NCBI GenBank assembly: GCA_947450325.1
Contig: CANFUT010000008.1
Location: forward strand, 30,211 to 94,210
Direction: 5' to 3'
Length of the DNA: 64,000 bases
From: Flavobacteriia bacterium
GTDB taxonomy: Bacteria; Bacteroidota; Bacteroidia; Flavobacteriales_D; Crocinitomicaceae
In this document: piece by piece, positions 19,285 through 30,236 of the stretch
How positions within the stretch are numbered: position 1 is the stretch's first letter
Layout: the number at the start of each line of letters is the position of its first letter
Program-made: the position numbers and the translations under genes
The notes under the pieces: model-generated
The model's input: only the letters and a program-made list of their open reading frames with translations
What the model was told of the DNA's origin: nothing
The model's database searches: none

Positions 19285-20490
19285 ATGAGAGATTCAAAAA
19301 TATTTATCCAATTGAAAAAAATCCCAAGGGCGCAAGTCTATTTTGGGATTTTTTTCATTTTGTTTGTGGCTTTGATGGAATTTGTAGAAATCAAAAATCA
19401 TAAATTTTGGACAAATGATTTTGAAGTTTATTACAGTGCCACGAAAGATTATTTTTCTGGAAACAATCCTTACGTCAAAAACTACGGGTTAGATACGGGC
19501 TTTTTTAAGTATCCGCCGACAACCTTGTATTTCTTTGGTTTAGCGATTTTGATGAAGTACTTTTTTGCGCAACTCATTCACATTGTCATTCTTTCAATTT
19601 CCTTTTTGATTTCGATTATTCTTTTGAAGAAAGTTATCTTCTTTGATTCAGAAAAGTCTCAAAAATCAACTTTCGGAATTTACTTTTTCGGTTTCATTTT
19701 CATTGTCATTCACATTGCGAGGGAATTTCACATGGGAAATGTTAATCTGATTTTGTTGGGACTTTTTTCATTTGGATTGTGGTATTTGAAACAGCAAAAG
19801 CAATTGTATGTTGCGATTTTTTGGAGCATCATGGTGGTTTTGAAACCGATTGTTATTTTGGCATTTATTCCACTCTTTTTCTTCAAACAATGGAGAACTA
19901 TGATTTATATGGTGATATTAGGATTGCTTTTTTTGGCATTACCAATTGTGTTTAGCGGATGGAATGGAAATATGCTTTTGTGGAAATTTTGGTTTGCATC
20001 GGTAGCCAAACACGGTCAATATTTGTCGAGTGAAAATTCACTTACATATTTGACTGAAATTTATTTCCACATCAAATCTGCTTGGATTCCCTCATTGATC
20101 GGCCTTTTCATCTTGGTTTTAGCCATGTTGATTTCCATTTTTAAGGGAAGGAAAACGAATCGAGATATTATTATTTGGTCAATCGTTTTATTAGCATTTA
20201 CACCAAATTTCTTTGTTACTGATACTGAGCATTTTGTTTTGAGTTTGCCCTTGTTGTTGCTTTTGGTTTTTGAAATTATGAAAACTAACAATATAATTTA
20301 TTGGATTCTATTTGTACTTTTGGTCGCGCCATTTTCTTTGAATTCAAATGATATTTTAGGTCGAAATATTTCTGATTTCCTTGATAAAATTGGCTTAATG
20401 GGAATTTCAAACATTGGCTTTATATGTTTTTTCCTCGTTCTTTATTTTAAACAAATCCCTCAAAAAGAAGTCAGCAAGAGTAGCAATTGA
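19285..20490 (+). CDS. polytopic membrane protein, GT87/DUF2029-like glycosyltransferase (tentative)
   Basis: 401 aa with more than 10 predicted TM helices. The architecture is typical of polyprenyl-phosphate-dependent glycosyltransferases, but the family assignment is from memory only. Confidence 0.5.
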   Translation: MRDSKIFIQLKKIPRAQVYFGIFFILFVALMEFVEIKNHKFWTNDFEVYYSATKDYFSGNNPYVKNYGLDTGFFKYPPTTLYFFGLAILMKYFFAQLIHIVILSISFLISIILLKKVIFFDSEKSQKSTFGIYFFGFIFIVIHIAREFHMGNVNLILLGLFSFGLWYLKQQKQLYVAIFWSIMVVLKPIVILAFIPLFFFKQWRTMIYMVILGLLFLALPIVFSGWNGNMLLWKFWFASVAKHGQYLSSENSLTYLTEIYFHIKSAWIPSLIGLFILVLAMLISIFKGRKTNRDIIIWSIVLLAFTPNFFVTDTEHFVLSLPLLLLLVFEIMKTNNIIYWILFVLLVAPFSLNSNDILGRNISDFLDKIGLMGISNIGFICFFLVLYFKQIPQKEVSKSSN

Positions 20491-20512
20491 CTTCAAGTAA
20501 AAAATCACTTTA

Positions 20513-22762
20513 ATGAAATTTTCTTTATTTATCTCTATTTTCACCATTGTTTCAATTCAATTTGCAAAAGCACAATCTCCAATTATCCCGACTCCAGTAA
20601 CACATGTGTTTGCGGATGGGAAAATTGAGTTAAGTGAAAAATTATCGATTAATTCCAACAATTTACCTATAAAATTGAAAGACTATTTGGTCGGAGAATT
20701 GGAAAATACTTTTGCACTTTCTGCAGAAATCGATACGTTGGCAGGGATGGTTGAATTCAAAAAAATCGCCAATACACCTAAAGATTTTTATTCGATCAAT
20801 GTTGCAGAAAAAATCACGATTACCTACAGTTCTGATGCAAGTTGTTTTTACGCACTCAATTCATTTTTGCAGTTATTGCAATTTGAGGAAGATCATTTTG
20901 TGATTCAAAAAGCTTTTATTCAGGATTTTCCGAATTTTCAATGGCGCGGTTTGCATTTGGATGTGAGTAGACATTTCTTTGGTGTTGATGAGGTCAAACG
21001 TTACATTGATTTGATGTCGCTTTACAAGTTCAACGTTTTACATTGGCATTTGACCGATGATCAAGGTTGGAGAATTGAGATTAAAAAATACCCGAAATTG
21101 ACTGAAATTGGCGGTTTTCGCGACAGCACTTTGATTGGTCACTACAACGATATTCCACATAAATTTGAAAAAAAGAAAGTAGGAGGATTTTATACTCAAG
21201 ACGAAATAAAAGAGATTGTTAAATACGCCCAAGATCGATTTATCACTGTTGTGCCTGAGATCGAAATGCCAGGTCATGCGCGAGCAGCTTTAGCAGCTTA
21301 TCCAGAGTATTCATGCACAGGAAAGCAATTGCCTGTAGCTTCAGAATGGGGCGTTTTTGATGATATTTTTTGTTCAAAACCTGAAACGATTGATTTTTTA
21401 AAGAATGTTTTGGAAGAAGTTTTGACCTTGTTTCCTTCTGAATACATTCATATTGGTGGCGATGAAGCGCCCAAAACAAATTGGAAAGCTTGTGCCAAGT
21501 GCCAGAAGATTATAAGCGAAAATCATTTGAAAGACGAACATCAGTTGCAAAGTTATTTTATCCAGCAAATCGATAATTATTTGACTTCGAAGGGAAGAAA
21601 AATGATTGGTTGGGACGAGATTTTGGAAGGTGGACTTTCAACGAATGCCGCCGTGATGTCTTGGAGAGGAGAAGCTGGCGGAATCGAGGCTGCTAAATTG
21701 AATCATTATGTCGTGATGTCGCCAACTGAATTTTGCTATTTTGATTATTATCAAAGCAGTCATCCAGCGGAACCGATTGCGATTGGCGGTTTTTTACCGA
21801 TAGAAAAAGTTTATCAATTCAATCCATGTCCTGCTTCGTTAACGAATGAAGAAAAGAGTTACATTTTAGGCGGTCAAGCCAATTTATGGACGGAATATAT
21901 TGCCGATATAGAAGCTGCTGAATATATGACTTATCCGCGCGCATTGGCAATGTCACAAGTGCTTTGGTGCAAAGAAAAGCCGACTTTTGAGGTTTTTGAA
22001 AAAACGTTGATTGACCATCAAATTGGATTCTTGAAAAAGCATGGTGTGATTTTTTCTCCTGCTTTGTTTTATCCTGAAATGGAAGTTTTTCCTTCTGCGA
22101 AAGGCTTAAAAGTTCATTTTAAAGGTACTGTGGGCAATGACAAGTTTAATGTTTTGCAAACCATTGATGACAAAGAAGCTGTAGAAGATAGAATTTTAGG
22201 AATTAATGATACTTTGTCTTTTGAAAGAAGTTTGACTTCACAAAACATTCATTTTGAAATTTCTCCCGATGAAACATACGAGTTTGAGCACACGCCATTT
22301 GATTTGAAAATTCATGCTGCTATTGGGTTGCCTATTAAGTTTTTGACACAGCCAAATTCAAAATACAGCAATCATGGAGAATTGGCTTTGGTTGATGGAA
22401 TCAAAGGTCATCGACCATGGAAAGGAAATGAATGGCTTGGTTTTGATGTTGATACCATTTCATGGATTGTTGATTTGAAAAAAATCAGTGTGATAGAAAG
22501 CGTCGACCTTGGTTTTTTAGATGCGCAAGGTTCGTGGATTTATTTGCCAGAATCAATACAAATTTATGTTTCCAATGATCAAAAGAAATGGACTTCATTA
22601 CCCAAAGGAATTCCGATTGAAAACTATCATCAATTGGTAAAGAAAAGCGGAAGATATATCAAAGTTAAAATCATAGCAAAAAATAAAATTCCTCTTGGTT
22701 TCCCTGGTGAAGGTTCGCATCCATGGACTTTTATCGATGAAATGGAAATAAAATTCAAGTAG
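20513..22762 (+). CDS. beta-N-acetylhexosaminidase (GH20) with C-terminal carbohydrate-binding-like domain
   Basis: 'HWHLTDDQGWRIEIKKYP' and 'IHIGGDEAPK' (catalytic D-E), with the signal peptide 'IFTIVSIQFAKAQ'. Confidence 0.9.
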   Translation: MKFSLFISIFTIVSIQFAKAQSPIIPTPVTHVFADGKIELSEKLSINSNNLPIKLKDYLVGELENTFALSAEIDTLAGMVEFKKIANTPKDFYSINVAEKITITYSSDASCFYALNSFLQLLQFEEDHFVIQKAFIQDFPNFQWRGLHLDVSRHFFGVDEVKRYIDLMSLYKFNVLHWHLTDDQGWRIEIKKYPKLTEIGGFRDSTLIGHYNDIPHKFEKKKVGGFYTQDEIKEIVKYAQDRFITVVPEIEMPGHARAALAAYPEYSCTGKQLPVASEWGVFDDIFCSKPETIDFLKNVLEEVLTLFPSEYIHIGGDEAPKTNWKACAKCQKIISENHLKDEHQLQSYFIQQIDNYLTSKGRKMIGWDEILEGGLSTNAAVMSWRGEAGGIEAAKLNHYVVMSPTEFCYFDYYQSSHPAEPIAIGGFLPIEKVYQFNPCPASLTNEEKSYILGGQANLWTEYIADIEAAEYMTYPRALAMSQVLWCKEKPTFEVFEKTLIDHQIGFLKKHGVIFSPALFYPEMEVFPSAKGLKVHFKGTVGNDKFNVLQTIDDKEAVEDRILGINDTLSFERSLTSQNIHFEISPDETYEFEHTPFDLKIHAAIGLPIKFLTQPNSKYSNHGELALVDGIKGHRPWKGNEWLGFDVDTISWIVDLKKISVIESVDLGFLDAQGSWIYLPESIQIYVSNDQKKWTSLPKGIPIENYHQLVKKSGRYIKVKIIAKNKIPLGFPGEGSHPWTFIDEMEIKFK

Positions 22763-22845
22763 ATTTTATGATAAATTGAATTTTAATTTGAAATAATTAT
22801 TAAATTAGTAACGAGTTATTTAACCGCTTAAATTACTTGTTACTG

Positions 22846-23457
22846 ATGATTCCACTTCGCATTGTATTTCTTTTATTTATTTCGATGAATACAGTTTTCG
22901 TTTTTTCACAAGGTGGAAAGAAAATGGAAGCATTGAAAAAGATTGCTTCGGTGAATCAAGCTGAATCTTACATTCAACGCAACGGACCAACTTCAGCACG
23001 AATTGGAAATTTCAGTAGAATAATTGACTCCGTGGAGTATAAGGAAATAGAAGCCAATTATAAAATAGGAGATATCTTTTATTACAAAAAAGCAACGATC
23101 AAAATAATTGGTAATGCGATTGAACCTTTGGCACGCTGTCAATATATTTTTTTTGATGGAAATAAATTGTCTAAATCAGAAATCGATTCACTAAGGAATG
23201 ATATCATGTCAAAATTTAGTGCTGGTGTTCCTTTTAAAAATTTATCCAATCAATTTTCAATGGAAGGTAAATTAAATGGAGGTGATTCAGGTTGGGTTCA
23301 TAAAATTAAATTTGGAAATCTCTTTTGTAATGAATTGACTTATAGGAAGATTGGTGATATTTATTTATTTAACAATACTGAGAAAAAAGCATTTTACGTC
23401 GTTCTAAAAACCCATTCAGATTTATACGCTGATAGTTGGTTGTATGTAGCCATGTAA
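22846..23457 (+). CDS. secreted protein with parvulin (PpiC)-like PPIase segment (tentative)
   Basis: It has a signal peptide. 'NGGDSGWVHKIKFGNLFCNEL...IGDIYLF' resembles the GGDLGWF core of PpiC-type rotamases. The track start at 22837 is TTG. Confidence 0.45.
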   Translation: MIPLRIVFLLFISMNTVFVFSQGGKKMEALKKIASVNQAESYIQRNGPTSARIGNFSRIIDSVEYKEIEANYKIGDIFYYKKATIKIIGNAIEPLARCQYIFFDGNKLSKSEIDSLRNDIMSKFSAGVPFKNLSNQFSMEGKLNGGDSGWVHKIKFGNLFCNELTYRKIGDIYLFNNTEKKAFYVVLKTHSDLYADSWLYVAM

Positions 23458-23597
23458 AATTGGAAAAACACGAAAAAAAATAATTTGGATAGGATTGCCA
23501 TTATGTCAGTAAAAAAGGTGTGGCAAAGAATTTGTATTTCAAATTTGATTCATTAATTTTATCCTTTGAAACATAGGATATTTAAAAAACACAAATT

Positions 23598-23915
23598 ATG
23601 GCATTAGAAATTACAGATGCAAACTTTGAAGAGCTTGTATTGAAAGCAGACAAACCGGTAGTAGTAGATTTTTGGGCAGAATGGTGTGGACCATGTCGCA
23701 TGATTGGACCAGTTATTGAAGAAATGGCTACTGAATATGATGGAAAAGCAATTATTGGAAAAGTAAATGTTGACCAAAATCCAGGAGTATCAGCTCAATT
23801 TGGTGTTAGAAATATTCCAACAATCATTTTTGTAAAAGGAGGTGAAGTTGTTGACAAATCTGTTGGTGCAGTTCCAAAAGCGCAATTGGTTTCGAAATTA
23901 GACGCTTTGATTTAA
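23598..23915 (+). CDS. trxA: thioredoxin
   Basis: 105 aa with the 'WAEWCGPCR' active site. Confidence 0.95.
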   Translation: MALEITDANFEELVLKADKPVVVDFWAEWCGPCRMIGPVIEEMATEYDGKAIIGKVNVDQNPGVSAQFGVRNIPTIIFVKGGEVVDKSVGAVPKAQLVSKLDALI

Positions 23916-23933
23916 TCAAACTTATATTTTAGT

Positions 23934-23966
23934 AAAACGGCTAGAGAAATTTAGCCGTTTTTTTTG
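23934..23966 (+). terminator. rho-independent terminator after trxA
   Basis: AAACGGCTA-gagaaat-TAGCCGTTT is followed by a T-run. Confidence 0.8.
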
Positions 23967-24039
23967 TGACTAAAAATAACCATTTTCAAGACTTATTTTT
24001 AGCTTAATTAAGCTTATATTTGCCCAAAATTAACAGTAA

Positions 24040-24726
24040 ATGAAGACATTTTTAGACAGGTTAAAAATATATGCCATTGGGTTTGGAATCGGGATGATAT
24101 TTGTCTTTTTCTTTTTCCAAAATAGAGGTTGCAGTTGGTTGCCTGACAATAGAGTTAAAAATTCCATTTTAGACAGAATCATTGTAGTGCAATCCGATAT
24201 TGACAAGGAATTAAGTGCAAAAGGAATTACCCATTCTACAATAATTAGTCTATTGAACGATGGAGATGTAGATTTTTCCAAAAGCAAGAAAGATGGGGAG
24301 TCAAAAATTTACATGGTTTCGAAAGACAATATTAAATTATTTTTCACTTTGCCGAATGAAAGTTTTATTTCCGAAGTAAGATTGGCAAACGTACCTGTTA
24401 AATCGATCAAAAACTCCTCAAGAGGAAATGGAAAATTAATTCATTTCCCAAAAGACGATGAGTTGGTTTTTGCAGATACGACCAAATTAGTTAGTTGTCA
24501 ACAACAGGCATTTGGGATGATCGAAAACAGAAAGATTTTGAAAAGTTTGAAGAAAAATGGAGTAATTGATTTTGAAAAATCAGATTTCAATGTAAAACCT
24601 AAAGCAATTCAATATTTATTTTTCAATGATGTAAAAGGTAGAAAAATTGGTGCTACTGCTGTTTGGTATAAAAATAAAATCAGCATCGATCAATTTGATT
24701 TGCCTTTTGAAACTGATTGTCAATAG
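24040..24726 (+). CDS. hypothetical membrane-anchored protein
   Basis: 228 aa with the N-terminal TM 'IYAIGFGIGMIFVFFFF'. No motif recognised. Confidence 0.55.
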   Translation: MKTFLDRLKIYAIGFGIGMIFVFFFFQNRGCSWLPDNRVKNSILDRIIVVQSDIDKELSAKGITHSTIISLLNDGDVDFSKSKKDGESKIYMVSKDNIKLFFTLPNESFISEVRLANVPVKSIKNSSRGNGKLIHFPKDDELVFADTTKLVSCQQQAFGMIENRKILKSLKKNGVIDFEKSDFNVKPKAIQYLFFNDVKGRKIGATAVWYKNKISIDQFDLPFETDCQ

Positions 24727-24800
24727 AAATTAGTCGAAATTTGTTAATAAAACATAACAGAAGAATAGACTACTTTCCATTCTTTTTTTAATTTTGAACA

Positions 24801-25841
24801 ATGGAATTTTCTGCAGAACAAATCGCTGGGATATTATCGGGAGATATTGAAGGCAATGCTGATGTAAAAGTAAATAATCTTTCGAAAATTGAGGAAGGTA
24901 CTTCTGGCACATTGTCTTTCCTTTCGAATCCTAAATACGAAGAATATATTTACAAAACAGGCGCAAGTATTTGCATTGTGAACAAGACTTTTGTTCCAAA
25001 CAAACCTTTGCCTGATACGCTAACTTTGGTGAAAGTAGATGATGCTTATTCATGTTTTGCAAAGTTGTTGGAATTTTACGATTCCATGAGACAAAAACCT
25101 GCCAAAATAGAACAACCATCGCATATTTCTGAAACTGCCAAACTTGGTGAAAACATTTACCTTGGAGCGTTTGCTTACATTGGTGAAAACGTTATCATCG
25201 GAAATAATGTAAAAATCTACCCAAATGTTTACATTGGTGACAATGCTAAAATTGGTGACAATACAACGCTATTTCCAGGCGCAATGGTTTACCACGAATG
25301 TGTAGTTGGTCAAAATTGTATCATTCATGCTGGGGCGGTAATTGGTGCTGATGGTTTTGGTTTTGCTCCTGATGAAAATGGAGAATACCAAAAAGTTCCT
25401 CAAATCGGAAATGTTATTTTAGAAGATTTTGTTGAAATTGGATCAAATACGACAATCGATCGCGCAACATTGGGTTCTACCATTTTGCGAAGAGGTGTGA
25501 AAATTGACAATTTAGTGCAAATTGCGCACAACGTTGAAATTGGAAAAAATACAGCTTTGGCTGCCCAAGTGGGTGTTGCCGGTTCTGCTAAAATTGGCGA
25601 AAATGTTCAAATTGGTGGACAAGCAGGAATTTCAGGACATTTACACATTGCCAACGGTACAAGAATTGTTGCTCAGTCAGGAATTCCAAGTTCAGTTAAA
25701 AAAGCAGATACTTTGATGGGTTCACCAGGAATTCCATTGGAAGATTTCAAGAAATCCTATTTTGGATTTAGAAAATTACCGTTCATTTTGACAAAGTTGA
25801 ATGAATTGGATCAAAAATTAAAATCACTTACAAAAGATTAA
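24801..25841 (+). CDS. lpxD: UDP-3-O-(3-hydroxyacyl)glucosamine N-acyltransferase
   Basis: 346 aa with left-handed beta-helix hexapeptide repeats after an LpxD N-terminal domain. It sits in the conserved lpxD-lpxC/fabZ-lpxA order. Confidence 0.9.
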   Translation: MEFSAEQIAGILSGDIEGNADVKVNNLSKIEEGTSGTLSFLSNPKYEEYIYKTGASICIVNKTFVPNKPLPDTLTLVKVDDAYSCFAKLLEFYDSMRQKPAKIEQPSHISETAKLGENIYLGAFAYIGENVIIGNNVKIYPNVYIGDNAKIGDNTTLFPGAMVYHECVVGQNCIIHAGAVIGADGFGFAPDENGEYQKVPQIGNVILEDFVEIGSNTTIDRATLGSTILRRGVKIDNLVQIAHNVEIGKNTALAAQVGVAGSAKIGENVQIGGQAGISGHLHIANGTRIVAQSGIPSSVKKADTLMGSPGIPLEDFKKSYFGFRKLPFILTKLNELDQKLKSLTKD

Positions 25842-25849
25842 CTTATAGA

Positions 25850-27250
25850 ATGGCTGATAAGCAAAAGACCCTCAAAGATGTTGTGAAACTCACAGGAATT
25901 GGACTTCACACAGGAGAAAAAGTAAACATGGAAATTTGTCCAGCTCCTGACAATCATGGATACAAATTTCAACGTGTTGATGTTGAAGGAGAGCCTACAA
26001 TTAAAGCAGACGTTGATCTAGTTGTAGCTACAGATAGAGGAACAACTTTAGAGCAAAATGGCGTAAGAGTTTACACGACTGAACACGTTTTGGCGGCGCT
26101 TTACGGAATGGAAATCGACAATGCCTTAATCAAAATTGATGGTCCTGAGATTCCAATTATGGATGGAAGTTCATGGTTATTCATTCAAGCCATTGAAAAA
26201 GTTGGTTTAGTTGAACAAGAAGCTGATAGAAATTATTTCGAACTGACTGAAAATATTCCTTGGGAAGATGCGGAAAAAGGCATTGAGTTTTTAGCTGTTC
26301 CTGATAATCATTACAGAATTACAGTAATGGTTGATTACAATTCACCAGTTTTGGGTACTCAGCACGCAAGTATGTACCACATCGGCGAATTTAAAGAGAA
26401 CATTTCGAGATGTAGAACATTTGTTTTCTTACGTGAATTGGAATTTTTAGCGAAAAATAATTTAATCAAAGGTGGAGATTTAGACAATGCCATCGTATTG
26501 GTAGATCGCTTGGATATTTCACAAGAAGAATTAGATCGTTTGGCGAAATTGCTTGGAAAAGAAGAATTGAAAATCCAATTTGATGGAATTGGCGTTTTAA
26601 ACAGTTCTAAACTTCAATATGAAAATGAGCCTGCTAGACATAAATTATTAGATATAGTTGGAGATTTAGCGTTGATAGGAAGACCTTTGAAAGCGCACAT
26701 TTTGGCTGCAAGACCAGGTCATTCTGGAAATGTTCGATTTGCAAAAGTGCTGAAAGATCAAATCAAAAAGCAAGAAGGAGCAGGGAAAACTTTTGATTTA
26801 ACAAAAGAACCGCTTTACAATATCAATGACATCGAAAAATTATTGCCACACAGATATCCATTTTTATTGGTGGATAAAGTGATGGAAATCACTGAAGATT
26901 CAATCGTTGGTGTGAAAAATGTGACTATGAACGAGCCGATGTTTCAAGGTCATTTTCCAGGAAATCCAGTTTTTCCGGGAGTATTACAAATTGAAGCAAC
27001 TGCGCAAGTTGGTGGAATTTTCGCTTTGAGTAAAGTAGATGAACCTGAGTTTTATTCAACTTATTTCATGAAAATCGACAATGTTAAATTCAAACAAAAA
27101 GTATTGCCAGGTGATACTTTGGTTTTTGATTTAAAGTTGATTACACCGATGAGAAGAGGTTTAGTGCACATGGCTGGGAAAGCATATGTGAATGGAAAAT
27201 TGGTTATGGAAGCTGAAATGCTTGCACAAGTTATCAAAGACAGAGTATAG
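25850..27250 (+). CDS. lpxC/fabZ: bifunctional UDP-3-O-acyl-GlcNAc deacetylase / 3-hydroxyacyl-ACP dehydratase
   Basis: The N-terminal LpxC part shows 'GIGLHTGEKV' and 'HKLLDIVGDLAL'. The C-terminal FabZ part shows 'LLPHRYPFLLVDKV' and 'FQGHFPGNPVFPGVL'. This fusion is typical of Bacteroidota. Confidence 0.95.
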   Translation: MADKQKTLKDVVKLTGIGLHTGEKVNMEICPAPDNHGYKFQRVDVEGEPTIKADVDLVVATDRGTTLEQNGVRVYTTEHVLAALYGMEIDNALIKIDGPEIPIMDGSSWLFIQAIEKVGLVEQEADRNYFELTENIPWEDAEKGIEFLAVPDNHYRITVMVDYNSPVLGTQHASMYHIGEFKENISRCRTFVFLRELEFLAKNNLIKGGDLDNAIVLVDRLDISQEELDRLAKLLGKEELKIQFDGIGVLNSSKLQYENEPARHKLLDIVGDLALIGRPLKAHILAARPGHSGNVRFAKVLKDQIKKQEGAGKTFDLTKEPLYNINDIEKLLPHRYPFLLVDKVMEITEDSIVGVKNVTMNEPMFQGHFPGNPVFPGVLQIEATAQVGGIFALSKVDEPEFYSTYFMKIDNVKFKQKVLPGDTLVFDLKLITPMRRGLVHMAGKAYVNGKLVMEAEMLAQVIKDRV

Positions 27251-28027
27251 ATGATTAGTCCTTTATCAAATATTTCTTCGGATGCAAAATTGGGAGAAAA
27301 TGTAGTTGTAGATTCGTTTTCTACGATTTTCGAAGATGTAGTTATTGGTGATGGAACTAGAATTCATCCCAATGTGACCATCTATCCAGGCACAAGAATT
27401 GGCCAAAATTGCGAAATTTTTCCAGGTGCTGTCATTGGCGTTATTCCTCAAGACTTGAAGTTTGATGGCGAATATACAACCGTTGAAATTGGCGATAATA
27501 CCAAAATCAGAGAATGTGTTACCATACACAGAGGAACTTCTGATAAAATGAAAACTTCTATCGGAAAAAATTGTTTGTTAATGACTTACGTGCACATCGC
27601 TCATGACTGTCAAATTGGAAACAATGTGATTTTGGCAAGCTATGTTGGACTTTCTGGTCACGTTACGATTGATGATTATGCCATTTTAGAAGGAAAAGTT
27701 GCCGCTCAACAGTTTGTTCGCATTGGCGCGCATAGTTTTATCGGTGGCGCTTCGTTGGTTAGAAAAAATGTTCCTCCTTACATCAAAGCTGCTAGAGAAC
27801 CTTTGACATTTGCGGGAGTGAATTCAGTTGGGTTGAGAAGACGTGGATTGACAGATGCTGACGTTCGTGAAATAGAAGACATTTACCGCGCTATTTACGT
27901 GCAGAACAACAACATTTCGAAAGGAATAGAATTGGTTAAAGAAACGATGCCAGAGACGGCAATTCGCAAAGAAATATTGGATTTCATTGAAGGTTCCGAC
28001 AAAGGAATCATCAGAGGAATGATCTAA
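27251..28027 (+). CDS. lpxA: acyl-ACP--UDP-GlcNAc O-acyltransferase
   Basis: 258 aa with hexapeptide repeats and a C-terminal helical domain. Its start abuts the lpxC/fabZ stop. Confidence 0.9.
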   Translation: MISPLSNISSDAKLGENVVVDSFSTIFEDVVIGDGTRIHPNVTIYPGTRIGQNCEIFPGAVIGVIPQDLKFDGEYTTVEIGDNTKIRECVTIHRGTSDKMKTSIGKNCLLMTYVHIAHDCQIGNNVILASYVGLSGHVTIDDYAILEGKVAAQQFVRIGAHSFIGGASLVRKNVPPYIKAAREPLTFAGVNSVGLRRRGLTDADVREIEDIYRAIYVQNNNISKGIELVKETMPETAIRKEILDFIEGSDKGIIRGMI

Positions 28028-28108
28028 AAATAAATTGATTGCATAGGAAATTTGAAATTGAGTCATTCAGTTTCAAATTTTTTGTTTGTAATCGTCAACA
28101 TTTTCAGC

Positions 28109-29560
28109 ATGAATAGAGGAGAAGTTATTGAATTAGAAATCACAGGATTTGCTTTTGGAGGAAATGGTATTGCAAAAATCCCAACGGAAGAAGGCGATTA
28201 TGTCGTTTTTGTAGAAAATGCATTTCCTGGACAAATTGTAAAAGCGAAAGTCGAAAAAAAGAAAAAACGCTACGCTGAATGCAAATTGATTGAAGTGATC
28301 AAGCGTTCTCCATTGGAAGTTTCATCGGACTTTCAAGAAATTTCTGGTGCACCTTACATTTTTGTTCCTATCAAAGTGCAAGAAGAATGGAAAAAATCAA
28401 CGACTTTAGATTTATACAAAAGGATCGCTGATATTCAAGAAATTGATTCGGTTTTTGATACATTTGTTTCATCTCCATTGGATTACAATTACCGAAATAA
28501 AATGGAATACAGCTTTTCCAGCATCGAACACGATGTGATTTCGGGAGAAGAAAAAGATGGCGCTTTCGCTTTGGGATTCAAAAGAAGAGGAACTTGGTGG
28601 AAAGTCGAAAATTTGAACAAAGAGAGCGGTTTGTTTGATGCTCAGTGGGAGAATTTACTGATTGAAGTGCGTGATTTCTTGAAAGCGACAGATTTGCCAG
28701 CTTGGCATCCACCGCAAAAAACGGGATTTTTCAGACACATTGTAGTTAGAAAATCCTTTTTTCAAGATCAATTGTTGATCAATTTAGTGACTTCATCAGA
28801 AGGCGTTAAACAATTTGATGTCAACGCTTTTTCTCAATTTCTGCAAGATAAATTAGGAAAAAGATTGGCTGGTTTTCAGCATACGGTAAATGACAATGTT
28901 GCTGACAGAGCGAAAATCGAAAATGGAAACAATCAACTTGTTTATGGGGAAGAAAAAGTGATTGAACAATTGCTAGGTCTTCAGTTTGAAATCAGCATGG
29001 AAAGCTTTTTTCAGACGAATCCGAAAAGTGCAGAATTGTTGTACAACAAAGCGTTAGATTACGTTTTCGAGGAGAATCCATTGGATGGAAAAGTGGTGAT
29101 GGATTTGTTTTGTGGTACAGGAACAATCGGTCAGATTTTGTCGCAACGCGCGAAGAACGTCAAAATCATTGGCGTTGATATCGTGGAAGAAGCCATCGTT
29201 GATGCGAAGAAAAATGCGCGTAGAAACGGCATTGAAGGCATTCAATTTTACGCGGCGGATGTTGGAAAATTTTTGTTGGAATATCCACAATATGAGGGGA
29301 AAATTGGAACCATCGTTTTAGATCCACCGAGGGCTGGAATTGCGCCAAAAACCTTGAGAAAAGTCATGCGTTTAGGTGCTGATAGAATCGTTTACATTTC
29401 TTGTAATCCAGCGACGCAAGCGCGAGATACAGAGCAGTTGCAATTGGCAGGTTATCAATTAGAAAAATTGTCTTTTGTGGATCAATTTCCACATACAAGT
29501 CATATTGAAGCAATTGCGAAGTTTGTGAAAACAGATAAATTCAATGTGGAGTTGATTTGA
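28109..29560 (+). CDS. rlmD: 23S rRNA (uracil-C5)-methyltransferase RlmD/RumA family
   Basis: N-terminal TRAM-like domain 'GEVIELEITGFAFGGNGIAK', SAM motif 'DLFCGTGTIG' and 'YISCNPATQARD'. The ORF is open from 28052, but MNRGEV at 28109 is the likelier start. Confidence 0.85.
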   Translation: MNRGEVIELEITGFAFGGNGIAKIPTEEGDYVVFVENAFPGQIVKAKVEKKKKRYAECKLIEVIKRSPLEVSSDFQEISGAPYIFVPIKVQEEWKKSTTLDLYKRIADIQEIDSVFDTFVSSPLDYNYRNKMEYSFSSIEHDVISGEEKDGAFALGFKRRGTWWKVENLNKESGLFDAQWENLLIEVRDFLKATDLPAWHPPQKTGFFRHIVVRKSFFQDQLLINLVTSSEGVKQFDVNAFSQFLQDKLGKRLAGFQHTVNDNVADRAKIENGNNQLVYGEEKVIEQLLGLQFEISMESFFQTNPKSAELLYNKALDYVFEENPLDGKVVMDLFCGTGTIGQILSQRAKNVKIIGVDIVEEAIVDAKKNARRNGIEGIQFYAADVGKFLLEYPQYEGKIGTIVLDPPRAGIAPKTLRKVMRLGADRIVYISCNPATQARDTEQLQLAGYQLEKLSFVDQFPHTSHIEAIAKFVKTDKFNVELI

Positions 29561-29597
29561 GCTTGAATTTTTTGTAATTTAGACAAAACTAAATTTC

Positions 29598-30236
29598 ATG
29601 TTCAAATATCTTTTTTCACTAACGGTTTTGTTTTGTTCGCTTTCGGTTACAAGCCAAGATACCTTGTTTTTGAATCCTCCAATGGCGCGAAACTCGGTTT
29701 ATTTGGAAGTTTTTGGACAAGGATTGTACAATTCACTTTCTTACGATCGCATTTTGTTTCCTGAGTTTAGAGTAAAACACAGCGCGACGATCGGATTGAC
29801 TTTTATTCCACCTATCGGTTACATGCAAGTAGTGGCGATTCCAGTTTCATACAATTTTATTTTCGGTCAAAGAAAACATCATTTGGAATTGGGTTTGGGA
29901 TTTACGCCGATGATTTTCAAGGAAATTGGTATTCAGAGTACTTTTTATGAACAGGATAATTTTGGAACTGTAACAAGTGTTACAGAGAAGGTCGACAACG
30001 TAAATTTGTTTTTCTACCTGACACCTAAAATTGGTTACCGTTTTCAAAAACCTGAAGGTGGATTTTTCTTCCGTGCAACACTTACACCACCAGTCGCAGG
30101 AATAAATATTTGGAGGTATAATTCTACAAGTTCCTATTCGCAATCGCCGTACACTGAACTTTTTACCAATGCAGCATTTTTCGGTAGCCGCATTTATCCC
30201 TGGGCTGGTCTCAGTTTTGGGTATACTTTTGACTAA
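29598..30236 (+). CDS. hypothetical secreted/outer-membrane protein
   Basis: Signal peptide 'LTVLFCSLSVTSQ' and a beta-strand-rich, aromatic-rich composition. Confidence 0.55.
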   Translation: MFKYLFSLTVLFCSLSVTSQDTLFLNPPMARNSVYLEVFGQGLYNSLSYDRILFPEFRVKHSATIGLTFIPPIGYMQVVAIPVSYNFIFGQRKHHLELGLGFTPMIFKEIGIQSTFYEQDNFGTVTSVTEKVDNVNLFFYLTPKIGYRFQKPEGGFFFRATLTPPVAGINIWRYNSTSSYSQSPYTELFTNAAFFGSRIYPWAGLSFGYTFD